Positions 1 through 12,488 of a stretch of DNA of 64,000 nucleotides are shown in pieces. A program made the translations under genes and the position numbers. The stretch's first letter is position 1. Each line of letters begins with the position of its first letter. The notes beneath the pieces are model-generated. The model searched no databases and was not told the origin of the DNA. It saw only the letters and a list, made by a program, of their open reading frames with translations. The stretch comes from an uncultured Prochlorococcus sp. (GTDB lineage: Bacteria; Cyanobacteriota; Cyanobacteriia; PCC-6307; Cyanobiaceae). Location: positions 24,177 to 88,176 of the forward strand of contig CACAQQ010000001.1 of NCBI GenBank assembly GCA_902534675.1, given 5' to 3'.

Positions 1-355
1 CATAAGAATGAACATTAATCCCTAAAGTAGAAACACATGCATCAGCAACTTGTAAATGTCTTACTAATATTTCATTTTCAATAGACGAATCAAAAATTAT
101 CCCAATTTTCTGTTGCTTTACCCTTTTTAAAGCGATTTCTCCTTTTGCAAGTCGATCTAAACTATAACCTTCAACATAAAAAATATTTTTATCTTTTTCA
201 GAAAGAGTACCGCCATTCATAACATTAGGATGAGTAATTAAACATCCACTTGCCGATGCTAATAATTTAGCGGTAGGTAGTGCATCCCCCGCAAAACCTC
301 CTACTTCACAACCAATACCAGTTGGAATAATGAATATAGTTGGTGAATTTTCCAT
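1..355 (-). CDS. DUF3326-family conserved cyanobacterial protein (3' end outside window)
   Basis: Hand translation from ATG at 355: MENSPTIFIIPTGIGCEVGGFAGDALPTAKLLASASGCLITHPNVMNGG; the PTGIG..GG.AGDA and THPNV.NG motifs match DUF3326. Not in the ORF track because it is truncated. Confidence 0.8.
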   Translation of the reverse strand, partial: MENSPTIFIIPTGIGCEVGGFAGDALPTAKLLASASGCLITHPNVMNGGTLSEKDKNIFYVEGYSLDRLAKGEIALKRVKQQKIGIIFDSSIENEILVRHLQVADACVSTLGINVHSY

Positions 356-381
356 TATTAAAAATATTTCAATTTATATTT

Positions 382-573
382 TTAATTAGCTAAGACAGCT
401 TTAATTTTAAGTTTTTTTGTTCCAAAAGAGTCAATAGAATTTTGAATATCAACAATTGACCAACGAATTAAATCACCTTTTTTTTCTAAATTTGCAATGA
501 TAAATCCCCTTAAATTTTTTAATTTTATTGAAACTGGCCAATCTAAATAAAAATCAACTGAACTTAATTTCAT
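382..573 (-). CDS. Small conserved hypothetical protein (63 aa)
   Basis: ORF overlaps the ferredoxin stop by 4 bp (ATGA coupling). Its G.xLRWxI motif resembles a small picocyanobacterial family. Confidence 0.65.
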   Translation of the reverse strand: MKLSSVDFYLDWPVSIKLKNLRGFIIANLEKKGDLIRWSIVDIQNSIDSFGTKKLKIKAVLAN

Positions 574-896
574 TTTTGATATTTACCAAATTGATCATTA
601 TATAAATCATCTTCAACTTCTTTACCAATAACAATATTCAAATCTGACTTGGGATATGCCACACACAAAAGTGCAAAGCCCTTTTCCCTCAAATCATCAT
701 TTAATCCCATAGCATCATCTTGATCTACAGATCCTTCCAATATCATGGATGCACAATCTGTACAAACTCCTGAACAACAACTACTTGGTAAATCTATTCC
801 ATTCATTTTTGCCGCTGAAATAATATCTTGATCTTCAGAACATAAAAAACTAAAAGTTTTTTGCTCAAATTGAACTTTGATATTGTATTCAGGCAT
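570..896 (-). CDS. Plant-type [2Fe-2S] ferredoxin, Fed2/FdC2-like
   Basis: LPSSCCSGVCTDC...LLC cluster motif plus C-terminal extension EDDLYNDQFG. Confidence 0.85.
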   Translation of the reverse strand: MPEYNIKVQFEQKTFSFLCSEDQDIISAAKMNGIDLPSSCCSGVCTDCASMILEGSVDQDDAMGLNDDLREKGFALLCVAYPKSDLNIVIGKEVEDDLYNDQFGKYQK

Positions 897-912
897 ATCC
901 TAAATCTTATTG

Positions 913-1863
913 CTAAACAGCTGAACCTCCTACAACTTCTAAAATTTCTTGAGTAATAGCTGCTTGTCTGGCTTTGTTATAGGTTAGGTTCAAAGTACTT
1001 GCTAATTCTTTAGCATTATCACTCGCATTATTCATAGCAGTCATCCTACAAGCGAGTTCTGAAGCTGCCGACTCTTGAAGAGCTCTTAGTACCTGATTCT
1101 GTAAATATAATGGTAATAACGAATCTAATAATTGATCAGGACTTTGTTCAAAAACAATATCTGATGGCAACTTCTCTGAATCACTTTTTTCGATATTTGA
1201 TTTTTCAACAAGTAACTTACTATCTTTTGTAGTCAACCTAAAAATTTCATCGTTTTCCTCAGCAATTCCTTGAGGGTCAAGTGGCAATAGTGTTTGTACC
1301 ACAGGGGCGCAGCTAACTAAAGTGATGAATTTAGTATAAATAATTTCTACCCTATCAGAATTTTCTGAAAGAAATTCAGCTAAAATTTCATTCGTAACTC
1401 CTTCAGAGTCCTTGACTGTGGGTACTTGTTCTAGTTCTTTGAAAGTACTTTTAATTACATATCTATCCTTTCTATTTTGAAAATATCCAATAGCTTTCTT
1501 CCCTACCAAGATTAAATTGGGCTCATACCCTTGTTTGACTAATTCTGCATATCTTATTTCTACCTTTTTTATTATATTTGTGTTGTAACCACCGCATAGA
1601 CCTCTATCCGCAGTTATGCAAACCAAAGTGATGCTCTTTACTTCTCTCTTGGATAATAGAGGAGAGTCGACAGCCTCAAATTTTACTCTAGATTGAATAT
1701 TTTCTAAGACCCGTGCAAGTTTATCTGCAAAAGGTCTACTCTTAAGAACTTGATCTTGAGCTCTTCTAACTTTTGCAGCAGCAACAAGTCTCATGGCCTC
1801 CGTTATTTTTCTCGTATTTTTAACGGAAACGATTCGATCTCTAATCTCTTTAAGATTTGCCAT
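913..1863 (-). CDS. atpG: ATP synthase F1 gamma subunit (cyanobacterial atpC)
   Basis: KITEAMRLVAAAK, DRGLCGGYN, RMTAMNNASDNA and RQAAITQEI motifs. Confidence 0.98.
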   Translation of the reverse strand: MANLKEIRDRIVSVKNTRKITEAMRLVAAAKVRRAQDQVLKSRPFADKLARVLENIQSRVKFEAVDSPLLSKREVKSITLVCITADRGLCGGYNTNIIKKVEIRYAELVKQGYEPNLILVGKKAIGYFQNRKDRYVIKSTFKELEQVPTVKDSEGVTNEILAEFLSENSDRVEIIYTKFITLVSCAPVVQTLLPLDPQGIAEENDEIFRLTTKDSKLLVEKSNIEKSDSEKLPSDIVFEQSPDQLLDSLLPLYLQNQVLRALQESAASELACRMTAMNNASDNAKELASTLNLTYNKARQAAITQEILEVVGGSAV

Positions 1864-1882
1864 GGTATCTCCTTAAATAAAA

Positions 1883-3412
<1,530 letters not shown>

Positions 3413-3430
3413 TTAAGGTTGATTTAAAAG

Positions 3431-3973
3431 TTACTTGGAAAGGGTTAAGCCAAGTTTTCTTATTTGTGAGGCAAGGGAAGCATCAATTACTTTTGATCCT
3501 ACACTGGCGACGAAACCACCAATAAGAGATGGATCGATTTTAGTTACAAGTTCTAATTTTTCTGTTCCAGCAATATTGATGATCTTTTTGGTAATTAAAC
3601 CTTTTTGTTCATCAGTAAGCTCGACTGCAGAAGTAACAGTTGCCAAAGCAATATTACTATTTTCTCGGTAAATCTCTAAAAACCTATCAAGAATTGAAGT
3701 AAGGATTCCAATTCTTTGCCTATCGGCCAATAATTTTAAGAAATTTAGTAAAGAAGAATTAACCTTATTTGAAAAAATTTCATTGATAATTTTCTTCTTA
3801 GCATCTGTCTCTAAAATGGGAGAGGATAGTGCCTTCTCCAATTCAGGGGAATCATTTATTAATTCCAAGAGTTGTTTGACCTCAGAAACCATTTCTTCAG
3901 TTTGCGAATTTTCATTCACAACTTGTAGTAATGCCTCTGCGTATGGTGTAGTAACTGAATTTAAAAGTGGCAT
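3431..3973 (-). CDS. atpH: ATP synthase F1 delta subunit (cyanobacterial atpD)
   Basis: PYAEAL, DPSLIGGF and IDASL motifs; operon position. Confidence 0.96.
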   Translation of the reverse strand: MPLLNSVTTPYAEALLQVVNENSQTEEMVSEVKQLLELINDSPELEKALSSPILETDAKKKIINEIFSNKVNSSLLNFLKLLADRQRIGILTSILDRFLEIYRENSNIALATVTSAVELTDEQKGLITKKIINIAGTEKLELVTKIDPSLIGGFVASVGSKVIDASLASQIRKLGLTLSK

Positions 3974-4485
3974 TAGTTCACCTCAATATTATTAATTGAT
4001 TGAGTTACCAAATTTTCTTGTGTTTTTTTATCAAGTCGATTTGGGAAAGAATCTAACGCTTTCTTAATTGCCAGTTCAACAGCTTCTTTTCGAAGTTGAG
4101 AAATTGCTCTGGATGCTTCAGAGCTCTCATCAGAGATTGCACTTTGTTTGATTCGTGCCATCTCCTCTATCGCTTTTTTCTCACTTTCCATTCTGATTGA
4201 TTCAGATCTTTTAAGGGAATCTGCTTTTATTTGAGAAGCTTTTTCTTCTGCTGAAGATAAATCTTTCTTCGCCTTTTCTAAAGCTTGAGTTGCATTTAGG
4301 AGTCGATCTTCAGCATCTTTTAATTCAAGAAGGATTCCTTCTCTCCTTTTTTGAAGCATTTTACCTAGGAAACCAGGCAAAAATTTATAAAGACCGAAAA
4401 CCACCACAGCCCAATTAAGGATATTAGTTTCGAATAAATTGAAGTTCAATCCAAAACCTTCTGTAGCTAAAAGAGTTAAATTCAT
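3973..4485 (-). CDS. atpF: ATP synthase Fo subunit b
   Basis: [14 protein letters not shown], one TM helix then a charged coiled coil. Confidence 0.95.
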   Translation of the reverse strand: MNLTLLATEGFGLNFNLFETNILNWAVVVFGLYKFLPGFLGKMLQKRREGILLELKDAEDRLLNATQALEKAKKDLSSAEEKASQIKADSLKRSESIRMESEKKAIEEMARIKQSAISDESSEASRAISQLRKEAVELAIKKALDSFPNRLDKKTQENLVTQSINNIEVN

Positions 4486-4943
4486 TTTTCTAGAATCAAT
4501 CTATTAACAATAAGTTCGCTTAAATCATCAGCCTGTTTAGAAAGTTGATCACGAGCAGCAGACGTCTGACTTTCAATTTCTAGTCTTGCTTTTTCTTTTG
4601 AAGCATTTGCTTCATTGTTAGCAAGTTCTAGTGCTTCTTTATAAAGCTTGTCAGACTCATTCTCAGCTTCGCTCACAATTCTTTGGGCTTCTGTACGAGC
4701 ACTTTGAAGCTGAGTTAATAAATCAGCTTCTAATTTTTTAACCTCAGAAAGTTTATTTTTGGCCTCAATAATATTATTACTTACAAACTTTTCTCTTTTT
4801 TCTACAACATTGCCAACAGGCTTAAAAAAGAGAGAATTTAATATGTAAGTAAGCGCAACTACTTGTATCGCCATTAGTGGCAAAGTGGCATTTATGTCAA
4901 ATAATCCACCTTCTGTAGCACCAAAAAAATTAAAGGCCAACAT
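4482..4943 (-). CDS. atpF2: ATP synthase Fo subunit b' (cyanobacterial atpG)
   Basis: [14 protein letters not shown] motif, TM helix plus coiled coil. Confidence 0.95.
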   Translation of the reverse strand: MLAFNFFGATEGGLFDINATLPLMAIQVVALTYILNSLFFKPVGNVVEKREKFVSNNIIEAKNKLSEVKKLEADLLTQLQSARTEAQRIVSEAENESDKLYKEALELANNEANASKEKARLEIESQTSAARDQLSKQADDLSELIVNRLILEK

Positions 4944-4975
4944 ATGATTCGGTTGAAGTTAAAAAATTAAATTTA

Positions 4976-5006
4976 AATATTGCTAATAAGGATTAGAAGC
5001 AATATT
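4976..5006 (-). terminator. Stem-loop just downstream of the c-subunit gene (3' stabiliser or partial terminator)
   Basis: 9-bp inverted repeat AATATTGCT (4976-4984) / AGCAATATT (4998-5006), 5 nt after the stop codon. Confidence 0.55.
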
Positions 5007-5011
5007 AACTT

Positions 5012-5275
<264 letters not shown>

Positions 5276-5299
5276 TTAATACTTGTGATAAATCTTTTT

Positions 5300-5366
5300 T
5301 GTCATACACGCTTGGACATCCTTTTAATTTAAGAATGGGTCTGATTTTTTCAGACCTACGCGATTA
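5300..5366 (-). ncRNA. ATPC cis-regulatory RNA motif (three-way junction between the a and c subunit genes)
   Basis: On the minus strand a closing stem CGCGU/GCGUG encloses hairpins GGUCUGA/UCAGACC (5338-5356) and CAUUCUU/AAGGAUG (5317-5337). The G-U pairs form only on the mRNA strand. Location matches the described ATPC motif of Prochlorococcus/Synechococcus. Boundaries approximate. Confidence 0.8.
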
Positions 5367-5369
5367 GAT

Positions 5370-5398
5370 ATTTTGCCAGATTACAGACAATTTGTAAA
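5370..5398 (-). promoter_or_regulatory. Putative internal sigma70 promoter for the c-subunit gene
   Basis: Minus strand TTTACA-N17-CAAAAT with a TG extended -10. Confidence 0.45.
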
Positions 5399-5423
5399 AG
5401 AGTCTGAATGTATTAGAAGAAAG

Positions 5424-6149
5424 CTAATGATGTTCTTCAACAGCTTCTCCGATGTAGTAGGCAGCAAGAGTTGCGAAAATCAATGCCTGAATTGCACTAG
5501 TAAATAATCCTAGAAACATAACAGGTATTGGCAGAATTAGTGGGACTAAGAATACTAAAACACCAACAACAAGTTCATCAGCCAAAATATTTCCAAATAG
5601 CCTGAAGGAAAGTGATAAAGGTTTAGTAAAATCTTCTAGAATTTTAAAAGGAAGCATAATAGGAGTTGGATGAACATAATATTCGAAATATCTCCAACCC
5701 TTATTGCTTAAACCAGCATAGAAATAAGAAAGTGAAACCAACAGAGCCAAGGCTATTGTTGTATTTATATCTGCAGTAGGTGCTCCCAACTCGCCACTTG
5801 GTAACTTAATCAATCTCCAAGGAATTAAAGCTCCTCCCCAATTACTAACAAAAACGAACAAAAATAAAGTACCTATAAATGGCATCCAATCTCTATAAAC
5901 TTTTTCACCTATTTGGGTCCTAGCTAGATCTCTTATATAATCCCAGAGAAATTCAAGCAAGTTTTGAAGGCCTTTAGGATCATTTTCCATTTTTTTAGTT
6001 CCTAAAGAAATGAAAACTAATAACGCTCCTAATAAAATCCAAGATGTCAAAAATACCTGCCCGTGAAGTCTGATATTTCCAATTTGCCAATAAAGATGTT
6101 GACCAACTTCTAATGCTGCAAAATTTGTTAGCAAGGAATTAAAGAACAT
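5424..6149 (-). CDS. atpB: ATP synthase Fo subunit a (cyanobacterial atpI)
   Basis: [21 protein letters not shown] (essential Arg) and IQALIF. Confidence 0.98.
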   Translation of the reverse strand: MFFNSLLTNFAALEVGQHLYWQIGNIRLHGQVFLTSWILLGALLVFISLGTKKMENDPKGLQNLLEFLWDYIRDLARTQIGEKVYRDWMPFIGTLFLFVFVSNWGGALIPWRLIKLPSGELGAPTADINTTIALALLVSLSYFYAGLSNKGWRYFEYYVHPTPIMLPFKILEDFTKPLSLSFRLFGNILADELVVGVLVFLVPLILPIPVMFLGLFTSAIQALIFATLAAYYIGEAVEEHH

Positions 6150-6194
6150 TTGATTTGATAAAAGATTAGTAAACTTTTGATTAAAAAAATTTAC

Positions 6195-6671
6195 TTAAGA
6201 ACGTGAAAAATAAAGAATGAGTGAAGGTTTGTAAATGAAAAACCCTATCATCGCTGGGAAAATATCCAAAGATCCTAGCTTGCTCGCAAAAATAAAGAGG
6301 CAAACTGGAACTAATAGTTGCAATTTTGATACACCTGATGATTCTTTACCAAGTTTCCCTACACTTTTAGCAAGCAAACGTAGGTAAAAAATACCGGCAA
6401 TTGCACCTATAAGAATACTTAAACCAAAAGTAAATCCGAGAAAAATTCCAGTTATTAATGCTAATAAAATAGAAAAAATAAAAGTAATTCCAAAAATTGT
6501 TAATTGCAATTTTGTGTATTCATCATTTTGGGAAAGCAAATTTTCTATTTGATTGGCAATGCCAAATTTACTTTCTTTGATGATCGAATTATTGAAGGGC
6601 TGATGAAATTGAACATTCTCATTACAAGGATGCTCAAGTTTTTTTTTATTTGAGTCCACTGATGTGAACAT
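6195..6671 (-). CDS. atpI: ATP synthase protein I (Atp1)
   Basis: First gene of the operon, four hydrophobic helices, YLRLLAKSV and GFFIYKP motifs, SD-like AGAGGGG upstream. Confidence 0.85.
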   Translation of the reverse strand: MFTSVDSNKKKLEHPCNENVQFHQPFNNSIIKESKFGIANQIENLLSQNDEYTKLQLTIFGITFIFSILLALITGIFLGFTFGLSILIGAIAGIFYLRLLAKSVGKLGKESSGVSKLQLLVPVCLFIFASKLGSLDIFPAMIGFFIYKPSLILYFSRS

Positions 6672-6720
6672 AGTTTAGAAACCCCTCTGTATGGTTTGAA
6701 GTAAGTATATAAACTCACGG

Positions 6721-6729
6721 AATCTATCA
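6721..6729 (-). promoter_or_regulatory. Putative extended -10 promoter of the atp operon
   Basis: Minus strand TG-A-TAGATT about 50 nt upstream of the atp1 start. Confidence 0.45.
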
Positions 6730-6937
6730 CGGAGAGGTGCCTTTTAGCTAGTTTTTTTCTGTAAAAAATTAATTCTTAAGATTTAGGATGAATTTATAAA
6801 CCATTTTTTACTTTATTCTTCAAGAAAAAATTTATTAAAAGTCACCTTTATTAATTGCTCTAACACTTTAAAACGTAAATAAAAGACTTGGCAAAATCTC
6901 GATTAAACGTCTCAATAGGAAATATACATTTAAAAAA

Positions 6938-8173
6938 TTGGAGATAAGTCAAGAAAAAATAAAATATAAAAAGATTTCTAAAAGAAAAAAAAACCATAGT
7001 CTTTGTAAAACAACTAATCAAAGCAATTTAATAGAATCTATTCTTCCTTTACCTTGGACAATATGGCCTTATGAGGCAAAAATCCTCTTTATCCTCGTTG
7101 GAATTTGGTCAATATTAGGAATATTCATTCTAGGGTCGTCAAGTTGGTGGGTGGCTAGTAGAGAAATGGGAAATTGGGCTTATTTTTTAAAAAAACAAAT
7201 TATTTGGACAATTCCAGGCATTGGTCTGTTTTATTTCGTTCTGAATACGAACATTAGAAATCTTTTAAAATTTTCAAGAATAATTTTTTATATTTTATTT
7301 TTTTTGATTTTTCTAACTAATATTACTGGGATTACAGTGAATGGCTCTTCAAGATGGCTAGTACTATGGAATTTACGTCTGCAACCATCTGAATTAATAA
7401 AACCTTTTCTAATTCTAGAAGCTTCTAACCTTTTTGCTCATTGGAATCTGATAAAGAATGATAAAAAATTAATTTCAATATTCTCCTTTGGTTTATTAAT
7501 TTTATTAATACTTAAGCAGCCTAATTTAAGTACCGCATCATTAACTGGAATTCTTTTTTGGGTAATGGGTTTATGTGGAGGCGTAAAACTTAGCTCTCTT
7601 TTCTCATTTGCTTCATTAGGATTCATCACTGGATGCATTAGTATCCTTAATAACGAATATCAAAAACTTAGGGTTACTTCATTTATTAATCCTTGGAAAG
7701 ATCAACAAGAAAATGGATTTCAATTAGTTCAAAGCTTATTAGCTATTGGTTCAGGTGGGCTATTTGGCCAAGGTTTTGGGCTGTCTATACAAAAATTACA
7801 GTATCTACCGTTCATGTATACAGATTTTATTTTTGCCATTTTTGCTGAAGAATTTGGTTTGTTAGGATGTATTCTATTCTTAGGATTTTTAGCAGTTTTC
7901 TCTTATATAAGCCTAAGAATTAGTCTCAAGTGCAAGAACAACTATACAAAATTAGTTGCTATCGGATGTGGAGTTTTATTAATAGGTCAATCGATAATGC
8001 ATATTGCTGTAGCAACAGGTTCAATGCCTACTACAGGCTTACCTCTACCCTTCATTAGTTATGGTGGCAATTCATTAATCGCTTCTTTTTTTATTGCTGG
8101 GATGTTACTGAGATGTTCATTAGAATCGACAGGATTCATAGGTATGATTAATACACGAAAGACTCTTAATTAG
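6938..8173 (+). CDS. ftsW: SEDS-family peptidoglycan glycosyltransferase FtsW
   Basis: NGSSRW, QPSELIK, AIGSGG, TDFIFA and GLPLPFISYGG; polytopic membrane protein. TTG start uncertain. Confidence 0.9.
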   Translation: MEISQEKIKYKKISKRKKNHSLCKTTNQSNLIESILPLPWTIWPYEAKILFILVGIWSILGIFILGSSSWWVASREMGNWAYFLKKQIIWTIPGIGLFYFVLNTNIRNLLKFSRIIFYILFFLIFLTNITGITVNGSSRWLVLWNLRLQPSELIKPFLILEASNLFAHWNLIKNDKKLISIFSFGLLILLILKQPNLSTASLTGILFWVMGLCGGVKLSSLFSFASLGFITGCISILNNEYQKLRVTSFINPWKDQQENGFQLVQSLLAIGSGGLFGQGFGLSIQKLQYLPFMYTDFIFAIFAEEFGLLGCILFLGFLAVFSYISLRISLKCKNNYTKLVAIGCGVLLIGQSIMHIAVATGSMPTTGLPLPFISYGGNSLIASFFIAGMLLRCSLESTGFIGMINTRKTLN

Positions 8174-8255
8174 TTAGAATTCAGAAGATTGAAATTAAGC
8201 TATCGAATCATTTAATTTAGTTATTTCAGAATTATCTCAAAAGGGTAATCTGCTC

Positions 8256-8912
8256 ATGCAGAATGGTCTCAATAGTCCAGGTCCTTTTACTATATTTTTG
8301 GTTTTCAGCGCAGGACTTTTAACAAGTCTTGGGCCATGCTCATTATCATTACTTCCAGTCACAATTGCTTACATAGGAGGAACAGAGAAAAATAAATTTA
8401 AACTTCTTAGTTTTTCAGGAGGAGTAGTTTTTTCACTTGTTGCATTGGGGGCTGCGAGTGGATTCTTAGGTAAAATATACGGGCAAATTCCATCTTATTA
8501 CACTTCAATTGTTGCTCTAATAGCAATAATAATGGGTTTAAATTTATTAGGAATTCTGAAGTTTCAGTTTCCGAACGGACCTGATCTGAAAAAAATAGAA
8601 AAAAAAATACCATCCCTCATAGCACCTTTTACAATTGGAACTACTTTTGGACTAGCCTCTTCACCTTGCATCACTCCAGTTTTAGCTTCTCTTCTGGCTT
8701 GGGTATCACAAGCTAAAAACCCGATAATCTCAATTATTTTTTTATTTTTCTTTGGAGTAGGTCAAGTTACTCCATTAATCATTGCGGGAGCTACGGCAGA
8801 AAACTTAAAAAAATTTTTAGAGCTTAGAAAATTTAGTCAAATAATTCCCACCTTGAGTGGAATATTTTTAGTTGCCTTAGGATTATTAAATTTATTTTCA
8901 AATTGGATTTAA
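8256..8912 (+). CDS. ccdA: Cytochrome c biogenesis thiol-disulfide transporter CcdA
   Basis: Two Pro-Cys motifs (LTSLGPC, ASSPCITP) and six TM segments. Confidence 0.92.
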   Translation: MQNGLNSPGPFTIFLVFSAGLLTSLGPCSLSLLPVTIAYIGGTEKNKFKLLSFSGGVVFSLVALGAASGFLGKIYGQIPSYYTSIVALIAIIMGLNLLGILKFQFPNGPDLKKIEKKIPSLIAPFTIGTTFGLASSPCITPVLASLLAWVSQAKNPIISIIFLFFFGVGQVTPLIIAGATAENLKKFLELRKFSQIIPTLSGIFLVALGLLNLFSNWI

Positions 8913-10199
8913 ATGATTATTTTTAAGAATCTAATTTTAAAAATATCAAGTTTAAGATTCGCCATATCGCTGATAATCTTCATAGCTATTACAAGTGGCT
9001 TAGGTACTTTTATACCTCAAGGAAGTAATAATAAATTCTATATTGATAATTTCGATAGTGCTCCCATTTTTGGATTTTTGGATGGAGAAAAAGTCTTAAA
9101 ACTTCAATTGGATCATATATATACAAGCTTTTGGTTTTTATTTACATTAGTTCTTCTTTGCATTTCGCTAGCAGCATGTAGTTTCAGGAGACAAATCCCT
9201 TCATTAAAAGCTTCATTAAAATGGATTGAATACAAGAGTGAAAAAAAATTCAGCAAACTGCAATTAACTACAAGTCACCAAATCAATCAAGATGGAGACC
9301 ATATAGCAAAAGTAGATTTATTACTTAAAAAAAGAGGATGGAAAACATACAAATTTAAAAGTCATATTTCTGCAAGAAGAGGTTTAATAGGAAAAATCGG
9401 TCCTCTAGTTGTACACATTGGATTAATTGTCTTACTTATAGGATCAGCATATGGGAGTTTTACAAGTCAATCAAAAGAACAATATTTACTGCCTGGAGAA
9501 AGTTTGGATCTTGTTAATGAGAGCACAAACACAAAAGCCAATATAAAATTAGTCGATTTTGCTATTGAACGAGAAAGTGATGGTATACCCAAACAGTTTA
9601 TTTCAAAATTAAATTTCTCTTCTGAAGATCTAAATTTAAACGAAATAAAAACCGCCAAAGTTAATCACCCAATTAGGTTTAAAGGATTAACTATTTATCA
9701 AGCAGATTGGGCAATATCAAATGTTGTTATAGAAATAGATAACATCCTTTATCAATTACAATTGAAAGAGATTCCTGAAATAGGTAATCAAGTTTGGGGA
9801 GTTTTAGTTGAATTAGGATTAGATACTAAAAAAAATTTCCTCTTAACAATAGATAATGAAAATGGTCCACTTAAAATTTCAAATATAGAAAATTTTTCCG
9901 GGAATAATCTCTATATCAATGACAATCCTTTAGAAGTTAATTCTTCAAAAGTATCTCTGAAAAAAATAATACCTAGCAGTGGATTAATAATTAAAAATGA
10001 TCCGTCTATACCATTTATTTACTTTTCTTTTATTTTAATAATTTTTGGAACAATAATAAGTCTCATACCAACTAACCAATTATGGATTCTGGTAAATCAA
10101 GAATCACAAAGGTTATCCATTGGAGGTCTTAGTAATAAAAATCTAATTGGTTTTAAAAAAGAATTTTTTAAATTATCAGAAGAAATAAAAAATTTTTAA
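8913..10199 (+). CDS. ccs1: Cytochrome c biogenesis protein Ccs1/CcsB (ResB-like)
   Basis: [24 protein letters not shown] and [17 protein letters not shown]. Confidence 0.92.
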   Translation: MIIFKNLILKISSLRFAISLIIFIAITSGLGTFIPQGSNNKFYIDNFDSAPIFGFLDGEKVLKLQLDHIYTSFWFLFTLVLLCISLAACSFRRQIPSLKASLKWIEYKSEKKFSKLQLTTSHQINQDGDHIAKVDLLLKKRGWKTYKFKSHISARRGLIGKIGPLVVHIGLIVLLIGSAYGSFTSQSKEQYLLPGESLDLVNESTNTKANIKLVDFAIERESDGIPKQFISKLNFSSEDLNLNEIKTAKVNHPIRFKGLTIYQADWAISNVVIEIDNILYQLQLKEIPEIGNQVWGVLVELGLDTKKNFLLTIDNENGPLKISNIENFSGNNLYINDNPLEVNSSKVSLKKIIPSSGLIIKNDPSIPFIYFSFILIIFGTIISLIPTNQLWILVNQESQRLSIGGLSNKNLIGFKKEFFKLSEEIKNF

Positions 10200-10606
10200 T
10201 TTTTTTTCTGTCCACTAAAAATATCTAACTGCATAGCAACATTCCCTCTGGGATTAAATGAAGCATTTAAATGTATCCAGCGAGGTGAGCCTTCATTCAC
10301 TAAATCATCCATAATTCTATTAACAACTTCCTCATGTGATATTTTTATATCTCTAAAATTATTGATATAAAGCTTTAAAGACTTCAACTCATAGACTTTC
10401 AAATTAGGTTGATAAATAATATTTAGCTTTGCAAAATCTGGATAACCAGAAAAAGGGCATTTACATGTAAATTCAGGTAACTGGATAGAAATTTCATAAA
10501 TTCTCTTCTTATTTGGATTATCGAAACAAATTATTTTTGATTCTTCAATAATTCTTTCACCATAAAGTGGTCTTTGCGTCGAGTCATCTAATTTAGCAGT
10601 ACTCAT
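10196..10606 (-). CDS. queF: NADPH-dependent preQ0 (7-cyano-7-deazaguanine) reductase
   Basis: [14 protein letters not shown] catalytic region, ELKSLKLY QueF motif, SHE and PRG. Confidence 0.95.
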   Translation of the reverse strand: MSTAKLDDSTQRPLYGERIIEESKIICFDNPNKKRIYEISIQLPEFTCKCPFSGYPDFAKLNIIYQPNLKVYELKSLKLYINNFRDIKISHEEVVNRIMDDLVNEGSPRWIHLNASFNPRGNVAMQLDIFSGQKKN

Positions 10607-10717
10607 TTTTAGTAGAACCTATTTACTAAACCTATATAAAAAGATCAAAATCTGCAAAAATCTAAACAAGCTTAAGTATTACAAATAAATAAGTCAAAAG
10701 CCGTTAAATCCTATTTT

Positions 10718-10733
10718 TGTATCACTTGTAACA
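10718..10733 (+). promoter_or_regulatory. Putative NtcA-binding site upstream of the hypothetical-glnB pair
   Basis: TGTA-TCACTTGT-AACA, one mismatch from TGTA-N8-TACA. No perfect -10 at the canonical 22-nt spacing. Confidence 0.55.
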
Positions 10734-10784
10734 TTCATAATGTCGGTTAAAAGGGTTATATGTGTTTAGTTCAATGAAAATTTA

Positions 10785-11030
10785 ATGGACATTTGTTTGG
10801 TAACTATCGATAACAACTTAAATAAATCCCTCCAACCTAAAAGCGCAATTGGGATGTTATGGCTTCAAACACACTTCGAAAATGATCAGTGGGAAGCGTT
10901 GTCAAATAGTACAGTAATAATTTCTGAAGCAAATTCCCAATTATTAATTGAAGATGCCACGAATGCAGGCCTTAATATTAAATGCTTTTCTGATATTTCA
11001 ATGTTGGATGTTTTCCCAAAAAACAATTAA
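10785..11030 (+). CDS. Conserved picocyanobacterial hypothetical protein upstream of glnB
   Basis: 81-aa ORF with a GMLWLQTHFE..W motif, 24 bp upstream of glnB. Confidence 0.8.
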   Translation: MDICLVTIDNNLNKSLQPKSAIGMLWLQTHFENDQWEALSNSTVIISEANSQLLIEDATNAGLNIKCFSDISMLDVFPKNN

Positions 11031-11393
<363 letters not shown>

Positions 11394-11394
11394 T

Positions 11395-12207
11395 TCAAAG
11401 AGTTTCTTTTACTAAATTATGTATATATTCACTATTAATATTTGTATTTGATTGACTTCCTAAGGTCATCCAAGCAAGATATTCATGATTTCCAGCAGGA
11501 CCTACTAGAGGAGAAGCTATCAAATTCTTTATATTCCATTGGAAATTCCTAGCAACATTAATAACAGATTCTATAGCCTCAGTATGGAATTTAGGATTGC
11601 GAACAACACCGCCTTTACTGACTTTATCTTTACCCACCTCAAATTGGGGTTTAATTAAAAATATCCCCTCAATACAATCACCTTCTAATAAATTACCAAT
11701 AGATTTAAAAACTAACTTTAATGAAATAAAAGACAAATCAGCAACCACAAAATTTGGTAATTCATTACTTCTAGATAAAAGATCATTAGGTTTTAAATTT
11801 CGAATATTAGTTCGTTCAAAAAGTATGACTTTTGGATTATTTCTGATCTTCCATGCAGTCTGTCCATAACCAACATCTATCCCATAAACTAACTTTGCTC
11901 CTTGTTGCAACAAGCAATCAGTAAATCCCCCAGTAGAGATACCTGCGTCAATACATACTTTATCTTTTACTTCAATTTCAAGTTTTTTAAATGCCTCCAA
12001 TAATTTTTCACCACCCCTTGATACAAACATAGGTTCGGAATCAATAAAAAATTCAGATCCAATTAATACTTGTTGTCCAGGTTTATCCAATACTTTTCCA
12101 TTGATATCTTTAACCTTGCCTGCAAGAATTAAACCTTGGGCTTTTTGACGAGTTTCACATAATCCTTTATTTAGAAGATAAAGGTCTAATCTACTTTTTT
12201 TAATCAT
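11395..12207 (-). CDS. tlyA: TlyA-family rRNA 2'-O-methyltransferase (S4 + FtsJ domains)
   Basis: RLD S4 start, VSRGGEKL, STGGFTD, DLSFISL, KPQFE and GNHEY. Confidence 0.92.
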   Translation of the reverse strand: MIKKSRLDLYLLNKGLCETRQKAQGLILAGKVKDINGKVLDKPGQQVLIGSEFFIDSEPMFVSRGGEKLLEAFKKLEIEVKDKVCIDAGISTGGFTDCLLQQGAKLVYGIDVGYGQTAWKIRNNPKVILFERTNIRNLKPNDLLSRSNELPNFVVADLSFISLKLVFKSIGNLLEGDCIEGIFLIKPQFEVGKDKVSKGGVVRNPKFHTEAIESVINVARNFQWNIKNLIASPLVGPAGNHEYLAWMTLGSQSNTNINSEYIHNLVKETL

Positions 12208-12488
12208 CTATTAATCAATAAAAAAAACTGAATAATGAACTGCTACTAGATTAAGATCCAAATTCTTTAATACCTTACAATTTTAAATTAGAACTAAAAA
12301 ATTACCCATTATTAACGAAAGGAATAAATGTAAACATATTTATATTTAAGCTTTCTTTATTAGCCAGAAAAATGTTACATATAAAAATAATAATTAGGCA
12401 AATATGTTCAATGGCAAGTACATCTTTAAGGTATAGGGCAATAATTCGATTTTGGTTATAAAGTTTAAATTGATAATTAATAAAAATT

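Noticed and set aside
6545-6730. 61-aa ORF overlapping the atp1 5' end (possible frameshifted N-terminus)
   Set aside because: Its GTG lies in the predicted -10 element, and atp1 has its own ATG and SD-like sequence.
12208-12488. 281-bp tlyA-purB spacer as a hidden sRNA or small ORF
   Set aside because: I found only very short ORFs and no convincing stem or terminator; it is compatible with divergent promoters.
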